A stretch of DNA of 64,000 bases from Mustelus asterias (taxonomy: Eukaryota). The translations under genes were made by a program, and so were the position numbers. The stretch covers positions 496,001 to 560,000 of the forward strand of contig NW_027590190.1 in assembly GCF_964213995.1 (NCBI RefSeq), in the 5' to 3' direction. The notes under the pieces were generated by a model that did not search any database, had not been told where the DNA came from, and saw only the letters and a list, made by a program, of their open reading frames with translations. This document shows positions 48,938 through 59,700 of the stretch, in pieces. Each line of letters begins with the position of its first letter. Within the stretch, counting starts at the first letter, position 1.

Positions 48938-49789
48938 GATTTCAGAAGGTGAGAATTTATAGACAGAAATCTCAAACCAAACTTCACATCAATATCTGAC
49001 AGAGTCACTCAATTCATTGGGACTGAATATCACTGACCTTTGAATCTCGAAGGGGAAATGTTTCTCTGTTCTGTCAGCTTTTGAAGATTTTAAGCATCTG
49101 TGTGACTGGAAAAGCACCGAGACACACACACACCTGAGTAAGAGTGCTCCAGTGCACTGAGTGTGGAAAGAGCTTTAACCAGTTACACAGCCTGAAAATA
49201 CATCGCAGCATTCACAGCGGGCAGAGACTGCACCCATGGTCTGTGTGAGATTTAACTGATTGTTTAAACTACAGAGTCACAAGGACCCGAACCATGGAGA
49301 AACCGTGGAAATGTGTGGACTGTGGGAAGGGATACATGTGCCCATCTCGGCTGGAAATTCATCGACGCAGTCACACTGGGGAGAGGCCCTTCAGCTGCTC
49401 TGTGTGTGGGAAGGGATTCACTCAGTCATCCGAACTGCGGGATTCACACTGGGGAGAGGCCATTCTCCTGCTGTGTGTGTGGGAAGAGATTCACTCAGTT
49501 ACCCAGCCTGCAGATACACCAGCGAGTTCACACTGGGGAGAAGCCGTTCACCTGCTGTGTGTGTGGGAAGAGATTCAGTCAGTTATCCAACCAGCAGAGA
49601 CACCAGCGCCTTCACACTGGGAAGAGGCCATTCACCTGCAGTGTGGGTGGGAAGGGATTCACTCAGTTATCCAGCCTGCAGACACACCAGCGAGTTCACA
49701 CTGGGGAGAGGCCATTCACCTGCTCTCAGTGTGGGAAGGGATTCAGAGTTTCATCCCAGCTGCTGAGACACCAAGAAATTCACGAGTGA
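48938..49789 (+). pseudogene. C2H2 zinc-finger gene 3, coding exon; ~6 fingers from ATG 49294, frameshift near 49438
   Basis: Acceptor ttttacag|g resembles the exon starts at 10617 and 25845; MEKPWKC...HTGERPF repeats in two frames; one Cys>Gly finger. Confidence 0.85.
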
Positions 49790-49964
49790 TTCCAGGGGTT
49801 GGATTCTGCTGTTATTGTTTCTGCTCTCAATTACATCCAGAACTGCATTTAGTTCATTCTCACAGTTGGTCAATGGGGAGGGTCAGAGGGTTTCTTTCTG
49901 CTGGACTGGCCGGTCTCACCATTTTGCCTCCAGTGGCTGGTGCTCGGAAGTTAAGAGATATTTA

Positions 49965-50290
49965 GTCAGCATTTCTGTTTGAAAACCCCCAAATGCTCAT
50001 CCAATTTCCTTTGTAATTGTTTATTGTCTCCACTTCTTTCACCCTCATAGGCAGCGAGTTCCAGGTCATTACCATTCATAGCATCAAAATATTCTTCCTC
50101 ACATCGCCCCCCCTCCCCCCCCTCCCCCATCCCACATATCTGAACCAAAATCTGCACCCCCCTCGTCCTTGTCCCTTCAACTAATGGGAACAGCTTTTTT
50201 TTGTCCACCTTATCTAAACCTGTCAGAATCTTGTCCACCTCTATCAAATCTCACCTCAACCTCCTTTGCTCCAAGGGGAACAACCCCAGC
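49965..50290 (-). mobile_element. Decayed CR1 fragment
   Basis: IEVDKILTGLDKVDKKKLFPLVEGTRTRG. Confidence 0.7.
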
Positions 50291-51371
50291 CTGACATCGA
50301 CAATAAAGAACAAACTAACAGAATATGTTAATACCTGAAATCAAATGGGAATGTTTAATTTCTGTTTTAAAGATATTGTGAATATATTGTCCCGTACAAT
50401 AAAGAAATTGGAATAACTAACCTTGGGTGTGGTTGAATGGAATATATCAATCTGGTATCCACCTACAGTCTAGTGAATGTCTGGAATGTGTTGCTGGAAA
50501 TCCCTCCCTAACAGCACTGTGGGTGTACTTACACCTCAGGCATTGTAACAGTTCAGGAAGGCAGTGTTGGGGTTGACCATGTCCGAGGCAGCTACATACA
50601 GCCACATATTCTGTTATAATTGAAGGACTGCAGATTGAATGTGAGGCATTATGGGACTGGACTATCTTGACCACATTCCTGTGACTGCTCAGTTTCTACA
50701 ATCACGGACCATTAAAGCTGCTCAGCAGGGTCCCAACAGAAGACCTGGTGAGAATATTTACTCAGAATGAGTTAGAATTAAACTTATTCCAGGACTGGCT
50801 GGTGTTCAGCGCCTGAGATACCCGAATCTGTAAAAAGTGGGTCTGACCAATCAACAAACGATGATAGGTAGTTGGTAAAGAAGCGTTCTCAGGCATTATT
50901 TAAATTATTTTATCATAAATTTGTGGCCAATTTTTGAAAAGTTAGTTCGGCCACAAGAGCTGCCCATTAAGCTACCATTCGTCATTGTGTGTTATTGCTT
51001 TTGTATCATGAATGGATATTAGGAGCTTTGGTGTAGAACCAGTTATCACCAAAATCCTGTATTCCTTGCCCTGCTGACGGTGGTGAATGTCTTCGCGAGA
51101 TTGACCGAAGTACGTTAAAGATATGGACATATATGGAACATCGAGAAGTTGTTGGCTGGAGTAAATCTTCCAACACAATCACTACACTGCACATCAGATA
51201 TACCCGGTCTGCAAGCACATGATGTATTTCAAGTGTGACCCCAGCAAAGATCTTTCCCGTGATGTTATGACTGAGATATGCCTGTAGTTGTAGCAGTCTC
51301 TTCCATCGGTTTAGTTTGCAAAAAGTGTGATAAATTTGAATCAGGCATGTCTTATGGAATTGTGGGTGCCA

Positions 51372-51675
51372 TGGTGGCACAGTGGTTAGCTCTGTTGCCT
51401 CACAGTGCCAGGGCCACTTGTTTGGTTCCCGGCGTGGGTCAGTGTCTGTGCGGAGTCTGTACATTCTCCCCGTTTATGCGTGGATTTCTTCTGGGTGGTC
51501 CAGTTTCCTGCACAGTCCGAAAAGGCATGCTGGTAATGTGCGCTGGCCAGGCTAAATTCTCCCTCAGTGTACCCGAACAGACGGTATAGTGTGGCGACTC
51601 GGGGATTTTCACAGTGACTTCAAAGCACTGTTAATGTAAGCCTACTTGTAACATTAATAAATGAACTACAAACCT
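51372..51675 (+). mobile_element. Diverged V-SINE
   Basis: tggtggcacagtggttagc head, V-domain, tail as in 7116-7403. Confidence 0.75.
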
Positions 51676-52144
51676 TAAATCTTCCAGCAAGTAAGGAGAA
51701 TGTCATAAATGTTCAGAAAGATAGTAATTATTTTCACTAATGACCGTCCATTCACAATTTAATAAATGCATTCACCATTCATTCACAAAGGTTAATATAT
51801 TTAAAATTACTTTATGGAAGGTGGGTGACTGTCTAAGCTATAATTTATTTCACATTGCTAAGTGCATTCGGTAAGCTGGTGGTGAGCTGCCACCTTGAAC
51901 CGTTGCACAACCTGCAGTGTAGGTACACCCACAGTGCTGTTAGGAAGGGTTCTCCTGGATTCCGACCCAGCGACGTTAAAGGAGCGGTAATATATGTCCA
52001 AGTCAGGTTTATGAGCGTCTGGAGGGAAATATCCCGGCGGGGTAGTTCCAATTCACCAATTAACATCAATTAATACAGATAAACAATTATTTCACCAATT
52101 ATATTCAGCATTTTAATAAATGAAAAACATGGCGGATTCTGAAA

Positions 52145-52646
52145 ACTGAAACAAAAATAATAAATTCTGAAAATCTCAACAGGTCTGACAGCATCTGTGG
52201 TGAGAGAATAGAGTCAAAGTTTCGAATCAGGATGACCCTTTTTATATTTGGAGAAAATTGAAGAGGGCGATGGCATTGGGAAATGATGAGGGTGGAAAGG
52301 GATTAGGAAGTTTCTTTAGGATATAGTTAGTGATTGAGACGTTGATTCGGTCAGTTAGCATGGATAAGTTGATTATGATATTTGGGATCCGTATGTAAGT
52401 TGATGCAGCTTGTGTGTGGCTCGAAATAGTGCTTATAATTAAACAGTGCCTATTTGAACTATTCACATCTCACAACAAAGTTATGCAGCTTGTCTGACAC
52501 CTTGTTAGAAACAATGATAATCTTTCCAACGCATTAGGAATACTCTGCTGAAGGGTCATCCAGACTCGAAATGTTGGGTCCACTCTGTCTCCACAGATGC
52601 TGTCAGATCTGCTGAGATTTTCCAGCATTTTCTGTTTGTTTTCAGT
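52145..52646. mobile_element. Inverted pair of Penelope-like pseudo-LTR fragments
   Basis: 52145-52240 is the reverse complement of 52551-52646 (aagggtcatcc...cgaaa...ccacagatgctgtcaga...gagatttt). Confidence 0.6.
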
Positions 52647-55618
52647 ATTTCATTCTATACAACTTTGCTTTGAATAATTCATTGATATTAACATTTCTTG
52701 TCATTGTAATGGCCTTTTTGTCGCCAAGGATAAAAATCTGTCCCAGAATGCAGTGGGAAATTGAATGAATTTAGACTGAGGATCATGAGTCGCTACCCAG
52801 CAGTCTCTGCGCTTTAAACTCCTGATACATAGCTGGTGTGATGATTTCCACAGTAATGAAATGCATTAAAGTACCTTGCACCTAATATGATTTTACTGAA
52901 TTTTTAAATCCCGATTCATTATTACACAGTTTTGGGAAATAATGTAACACTTGTAGTTGTCCAGTGAGTTTCACAATATATCTGTTGCCACATTATTTAT
53001 TTTACAGCTTGTTACCTTCACTAATTTGGGTGAGGGCATGGTGAGTGATTTGCTGCACATGTTTCAAATATTACAATCCTCCCTCCTCAGCCAAATCATG
53101 TTCCCTCTTTCGATCTTGGATATGAATATTCAGTATCAGCAGAGAAATGAAACATCCGTGCCGCAGGAAAACGCCCTCTTCTTTTCGTGAGGATCAGCTT
53201 GCTAACTCCCGAGAAAATCGGGTTTGATTTCACCCAGACCCTCTGGAAGTATTGAAATTATTACACTGACAGAAATGGAATCAAGGAACTGTTTCAACTT
53301 CTGAACCAGTCAAGTACAAATATGGGAATGTGGAACAGTATCTTTCAGTACCATTTAACAATGCATCCATCAATCCGTTCACTGATTCCTCAATCAAAAT
53401 ATTCAGGCATCCAACTGATATTCATTTCATTCATTCAACGGTCATTCATTCCTGCATCAACACAGTCATTCATTTATTGTTTGCGCAGATTGTGACGTAA
53501 TATTAATTGAAGTGGCCCAGTGATCCAGAGACCCAGGACAATGATGTGGAGACAGGGATTTAAATCGGAGCATTGCAGCTGGTGGAATTTGAATTCAATT
53601 AATAAATATGGAACAGATGCTAATGGCGACCATCGGACCGTCTCTGATTCCCCAATGAGTGAAATCTGCCATCGCTACCTGGTCTCACAAGGATGTGACT
53701 CCAGATGGACAGCAAAATAGCTGACTCCTTAATATGTTCAGAAGTAGCCTAGAAAACCACTCAGTTCAAGGGAATTTGGGGCTGACAAAATGTGCCGGTC
53801 TTTGCAACCAAACATCCCATGGAAAGATAAAGGGAAAGAAAATACAAACAAACATGTTCATGTATCGTCTCTCTGAGACATTTCTCAGTTTGCCTGTAAT
53901 TCTTTCTATCCATCTAACACCATATCCTGATGTGTTGGAAAAATCATCATTGTTGCTAACAGGGTGCCAGAGAAGCTGCATAACTTTCCTTTCATTAGAG
54001 ATGGGAAAAATTCATCTAGATTTACAACTTTAAATAATTAAAGTGCCTCCAGTACTGTTGCTGGGTAGATTTATTTATAAATAGGCCTCATTGACAATGT
54101 GAAGGGTTTTAAGTTGGCTTGCAGCCAAGCGGTCAGTACTGAGGAAACAGATCTTTGATCTGCTGCTCAACACCCCCAGATGATTCCTGTCAATCACTTT
54201 GAGCATTTGACAGCAGTTTGGATTGCTGCCAAATACTGTGTGGGACAGATTAGCGTGAACGTGAATGGACAAAATGGGATTCAGCCATTTAAACAATAAT
54301 TGTTTCATTCCCACAAGAATGACACATTTTAAATCGTAATCATTCTAATCAAATATTTTCATTCAATGTCTGTTCATTATGTGAGTAAATAGTATCGCAA
54401 AACAATAATGTGACCAGATGCTTTTTCATTTGTATAACTTCCAAGTAAATGTCATTCCAATAATTAAAGTCTGTTCATTCACCACTTCATGAAATGCGAG
54501 AGAGAGATGTTGATGGTCCCAATTCCCCAATCAATTGAAATCAGTGCAATGGCATAAAATGCATCGAAATAATATTAAGAGAACATCATAAAACTGACAT
54601 GAACAGCGGGAATTCCTGGAATATTCTGAACGTTCTGTATCGCATTTAAACAGCAGCGTCTCTTGTACCTGATTAACACCCTATTCTATTGTACAGTATA
54701 ATCTGATTCCTGTTATTGAAGAGTTCCAATCATAGCTGCCAATAAGTGGAGAAATGATCAGTTCATAACCTGATTCAATGGAAGATAAAACATTTATTCT
54801 TGTGATATTGTGCAATGTGCCGCAAAGCCCTGATATCTTGTGTTCGCAATACCAGCGAATGTTAGACAGCCGGTGGCCGATCGAGTGAGCTGCAATGATC
54901 TGGATGCTGAAGGAGAACTTTAATGATCTCCGTGTCCGTTCCATTCATTAATTTCTCTGTCAAAAGTCGAGGTTAATTTTATGTTTCTCTGTCAACTCAC
55001 TATTTAGTTATCAGGAGGGCGGGATTCTTATTATTTTCAAAGGGCTGTCTTCGAGATTGGGGTAGTTTGACAAATATAAGGAGAAACATTGTATTGTGTG
55101 AGAGTTTCTTCTCATCTCCAAACCCAAATTGTACAGTGATAGCCATCCACACAGTAAATGCAATCACTTTGTTCATACCCCCTCATTTAGTTACAGAAAT
55201 CGGTAAAAATTATTCTGATAAATGATGCTTTATTATTGTAATGTGACAGAGACCCGGAATTGTTGCAACACAGACTGACGGTCTCTTTATTTTCAACAAA
55301 TGTTATTTCATCATTTTTAGATTTGTATTCTTCTTGGGGGCGTGGTAATAAAATCACCATATTTACAATGGTATTAGTTATTTTAAATAAAGAAATGATG
55401 AACTGCAATATCACCATCAGAAATAATGGAGACAATACAATGAACATACTCAGCCAAACAAATATCCCGACACAGACAAAATGTCCATTTTAATATTAAC
55501 CTATTGTAAATCTGGAAGTCCATTCTGTTGGGGTGTGGAAGGTGGGACCTGGATCCTGTCGCCGCCTCCAGCAGGGAATCAACAGGCGGCGCCTGGAAAG
55601 CCGCCCCCTTCTGCCGGC

Positions 55619-55628
55619 TATTTAAATA
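55619..55628 (+). promoter_or_regulatory. TATA-like box of the VH promoter
   Basis: TATTTAAATA ~90 bp upstream of the leader ATG, after a GC-rich stretch. Confidence 0.65.
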
Positions 55629-55716
55629 CCGCTCACCAGACCGGAATCCAACAGTCCGGGAGCTGGTTTGTTCACTGAGTTCCTGACACAACCATTTCCC
55701 CCAAATCACCAGAAGG

Positions 55717-55762
55717 ATGAGGTCGGCGATTTCTCTCAGTTTGTTGCTGACTTTCTTATCCG
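55717..55762 (+). CDS. IGHV: IgH V leader exon (MRSAISLSLLLTFLS G)
   Basis: 46-nt hydrophobic signal exon; phase-1 donor GTGAGT at 55763. Confidence 0.95.
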
Positions 55763-55893
55763 GTGAGTAGTTTTTTTTTCATTGTCTAAGTCTCCCAGTT
55801 ACTGTCTCAGTTTTAGTCCATCTCTGTAATATTCCAGAGTCAAAAATCATTACACCAGGATTAATCCTCGTGTTTTTTGATCTACTTTTACAG

Positions 55894-56198
55894 GTGTCCA
55901 GTCGGAGGTTGTGTTGACTCAGCCAGAGGCAGAGACCGGGCGTCCAGGAGGCTCCCTGACACTGACCTGTAAAACCAGCGGCTTCAGTCTTAGCAGCGCT
56001 TACATGCACTGGATCCGACAGGTTCCAGGACAGGGGCTAGAGTGGCTGCTGAGGTACTATAGTTCATCTAGCAACAACTACGCCCCAGCAATTAAAGATC
56101 GATTTACTGCGTCCAAAGACACTTCAAGCAACATCTTCTCTTTGGAAATGACGAGGCTGAAGACCGAAGACACCGCCATCTATTACTGTGCAAGACAC
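55894..56198 (+). CDS. IGHV: IgH variable exon, shark IgM-type VH, open and unrearranged
   Basis: Acceptor tttacag at 55893; [27 protein letters not shown]...[12 protein letters not shown]...RFTASKDTS...[10 protein letters not shown]. Confidence 0.97.
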
Positions 56199-56237
56199 CA
56201 CAGCGAGAGGAACTAGGGATGGACCCGAACAAGAACA
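56199..56237 (+). promoter_or_regulatory. V 23-RSS
   Basis: CACAGCG + 23 bp + ACAAGAACA. Confidence 0.92.
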
Positions 56238-56608
56238 GCTCGAGAGGGAATTCAGCAACTTCCATCATAACCTGAAGGTCAGTGCTTGTTTTAAATGTAG
56301 TATTAACGACAGTGACCAGAACAAAAACACAAACCGCTTCTGACAAACCCAACTTAGTGAAAATTAAACATTAAACCAAGAAAACACACAGACATAATGG
56401 GCTGAGCTTTTCACTCTGTTTATATTTACTGTTAACAGTTTCAGCAATTACACACCTGGATATAATGCTCGTTTTAATATTTCTGATACTTGGAGGAGAT
56501 GTTTCTAGATTGTGTTTTGTGAACTGCTGCATAAATTGTAAATTACATCGAAATAATGGTCTATTTGAAGTGAATATTGAGCGGCAGTACTGAACAGAGA
56601 CTGAGTGC

Positions 56609-56688
56609 AGTTTTTGTGCGAGTGTCTGTCACTGTGATACAGCAGTGGGTCACTGTGCTGAGCACAGCGACATCCTCATACAAAAACC
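56609..56688 (+). other. IGHD: D1 segment (56637-56650, atacagcagtgggt) with 5' 12-RSS and 3' 22-RSS
   Basis: AGTTTTTGT-12-CACTGTG | D | CACTGTG-22-ACAAAAACC. Confidence 0.92.
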
Positions 56689-56988
56689 TCATGGAAAGAG
56701 ATTGCTCAAATTGGTGATCAGTACCACAGCAGGATTTTCAAAGTAAACGAGGCTTCAGTGAAATAATGTGTGGAAGTAATATTAGTTTGTGAAAAGGTAT
56801 AAAAATCTTCCCATAAAATCTATATTTACCGATCTGCTAAATCGACACAGAGAGTTTAAAAGCATTCCGATCCCCTTTATAAATACAATGACCAGGACAA
56901 GCTGAAATATCTCACTCATTCGCTCGTGGATGAGGCAGAATCAGATTTTTGAGACAGCAGTGAAATTAAACAGTTAGCAGTCGGGCAC

Positions 56989-57057
56989 AGTATTTGTCAT
57001 GCTGTGTCTCACTGTGATAACTGGGGTGGCACAGCAGTTACTGTCAATACAAAAACC
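56989..57057 (+). other. IGHD: D2 segment (57017-57029, ataactggggtgg) with 12/12 RSS
   Basis: AGTATTTGT-12-CACTGTG | D | CACAGCA-12-ACAAAAACC. Confidence 0.92.
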
Positions 57058-57384
57058 CCTCAGCACTAATTGACCGAGACTGGGGCAGTGCTCTGTTTTC
57101 CAATCCAGCATTATTTACAGTGCTGTATTATTTATGTCCCAGCACTACACAAATAGCGAGAATTAACATGGGAAATTTATGATAACTATTTGATTATCAG
57201 TTGGTGTTTTCAATAACTTGATCATGTGATCCTCTATGAAATATAAAACATTAAGGTTATTTATGTAGAGCGAACGGTATCCACCAGTACAATAATAATT
57301 TCATGAAAATGCAGTGATTTGCTTTCCCTCTGGCTTGTGAATTTTTAAAATACTGATGGATTTCTGTCTATTTTGTGCAGAGAT

Positions 57385-57423
57385 GGTTATTGTATGACCC
57401 AGCCGAGAGAATGTGACACTGTG
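57385..57423 (-). promoter_or_regulatory. J 23-RSS
   Basis: GGTTATTGT + 23 bp + CACTGTG. Confidence 0.92.
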
Positions 57424-57471
57424 ACGCCATGGACTACTGGGGACAAGGGACCATGGTGACGGTGACTGCAG
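57424..57471 (+). CDS. IGHJ: JH segment (AMDYWGQGTMVTVTA)
   Basis: WGxG motif; donor GTAAG at 57472. Confidence 0.97.
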
Positions 57472-57699
57472 GTAAGAACCATGCATTTATTTAGTTAGTG
57501 TTTTATTTGAGTTTTTGTTTTATACTTTTTCTCGATTTTATTAATTCATTCGTTCAATGTAATGTGGTTTGGTGGATTCTGTGCTGAAAATCTTTACAAT
57601 GTTTCATGTGATCCTGCTTAAAATGGGGGTTATAGAATTCTACTGTTAATTGACAAAAGGTGATACTGAGTGATTCAGTCTCTTGTTGTGATTTGGTGT

Positions 57700-59700
57700 G
57701 TATCTGCTGAGGACATTGTGTGGCTGGGTTACTTTAAATGCCTTCCTTTTGTTAAGCAGTTCGGCGTTTCTTCAATGTTTAATCTCGGTGACATCTAGTG
57801 GCTGCGAGTTGCACCATCCACTGCACAAGTGTTTGAAATCTAACCCAATATTAACAAAATGTGTTAAAGTTTCTACTTTAATGTTGCGAACATGTTCCGC
57901 TTAATCACAATCTGGTTTTGTTATCTCATTGTTGTGCTTATTTTAATTATTAGTTGCTTTGGTGATGGTCAGATTGGCTGGATTTTAAATTGAGATTTTC
58001 TGCCAATGTGAAATTTGTTTCTGTTGCAACTGTTTGTAGAATTGAGCTGCTTCTGCATGAGCCGGGGTTCAGTCCCTCAGTGCTGCGTGTTTCTGGTGAG
58101 GAGGTTGTCTGGCTGGGTGACTTTGAATCAGTAAAATTTGTGAAATGGTTCGGAGATTCTGCATTGTTTACACTCGGTGACACTGAGCTGTTACACACTT
58201 TGTGATTGAATACAAACAGTCTGCGGGTTTTAAACTACTTGACGCGTGCCTGCAGACAGAAATCAGGCAGGCTTTATTGTATTTGTATTTTTTTAAATCG
58301 TAGCTGATAATTGCAGGTTAAACCAAACCACGGTTTATGCCACTCGTCCAAAACATAGTTTGCCACTGCATTCATAATTTGGGATACATGCCATGTTTAA
58401 CCTCGGTGGCATCTGACGGCTGCAGCTTTTACCCACCTAATATTTAAATATGTTTGAAATCTGTTTGAAATATGACCCAATATGAATAGAATGTGGTAAA
58501 ATTTCAATATTAATTTGTTGGACATATTCCACCTCCTCGCAATGCTATTGCTCTTATTCCAAATTTCTGTTTAGTTCAATCATTCATATACTTGGTGACG
58601 AGCTGGTTTGCCGGATTGAATATTGAGATTTCCTTGCAATCATATTTTTGATTTTGTTGAATGGATAATTGAGTTGCGTCCCCGTGAAACGGATTCATTC
58701 CCTCATTGATGTGTTTTGGTGTGTTTCTGTTGAGGAGGTTCTGTTGTTGGGTCACTAAGAAGGTTTAAAATGTGTGAAATGTTTTGGTGTTTCTGCATTG
58801 CTTAAACTCGGTGGCACTGAGCGGTTACACGTTTTCTGGTTAAATGCAAATAATCTATGAGTTTGAAAATCCTTGTAGGGAGAAAATAAGCAGGTTGTGA
58901 AAGAAATAAAATAAAGGTATTACAGCATTTTTATAAATTTTAACTAACTCTTAGAAATTAAAATAAATCATGTCTTACAACGCTCAATCGGACACTAAGT
59001 AGTTGCTGCAAAAACAAACTTCTCATTAACAAGTTTGATAGTAAAATTAATATAAATCAAACTGTTATTAATCGGTAACATAACTACATATTCACAAAAG
59101 ATTATTTTCTATTAATATCATTTCGCATTAATCGGCTTTAATAGTTCTGCTGTGTTTTGCATACAATTAACATGACCAAAAAAGTTTCTCGGCTGGAAAT
59201 ATTTTGTGATAATTCCAGAAACTATTTCCATGATAACATGCTGTTTCCACAGCAGCGCTCAGTTCAACAAGATACTTTGCATTAATTGTTATATCCCCGA
59301 TGAAGTTCGCATTCACTTAAATCTGAGTTTTGGAGAATAATTGGCAATAAAACGCTATTTGGCAATTTTTGTGCCTGATTATTACATTGTTTCTGTGCAG
59401 GCGCAGCATTCCTTCCAAGTCATTTGTAGTTGGATGCAGAGGTAATTAATCACTAATCTCATCTCAAAATTTGTGAAATGGTTTGGTGTTTCTCAATTGT
59501 TTCTGTATTGTTCCAACTCGGTGATCCTGAGCGGTTACACTTTTTCTAGCTAAATGAAAAAAACGAACTGCGTTTAAACATCCTTGTCAGGACAAAACAA
59601 ACTGGTATCGGAAAAAATAAAATAAATATATATTTGAGCATTTTATTCATGTTAACTGATGCTTGCAGATTAAAGTAAATCATGAATTACAATTCTTACT
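57700..59700. repeat. Diverged ~620-710-bp tandem repeats in the J-C intron
   Basis: Recurring ctcggtg cores at 57784, 58173, 58402, 58807, 59517. Confidence 0.75.

Noticed and set aside
56663-56688. Second heptamer CACAGCG nested in the D1 3' spacer
   Set aside because: Only 10 bp from the nonamer, outside the usual 12+/-1 spacing
58844-58851. Octamer ATGCAAAT in the J-C intron (also ATTTGCAT at 61674-61681)
   Set aside because: Not conserved at the equivalent position of sibling repeats; plausible by chance in AT-rich DNA
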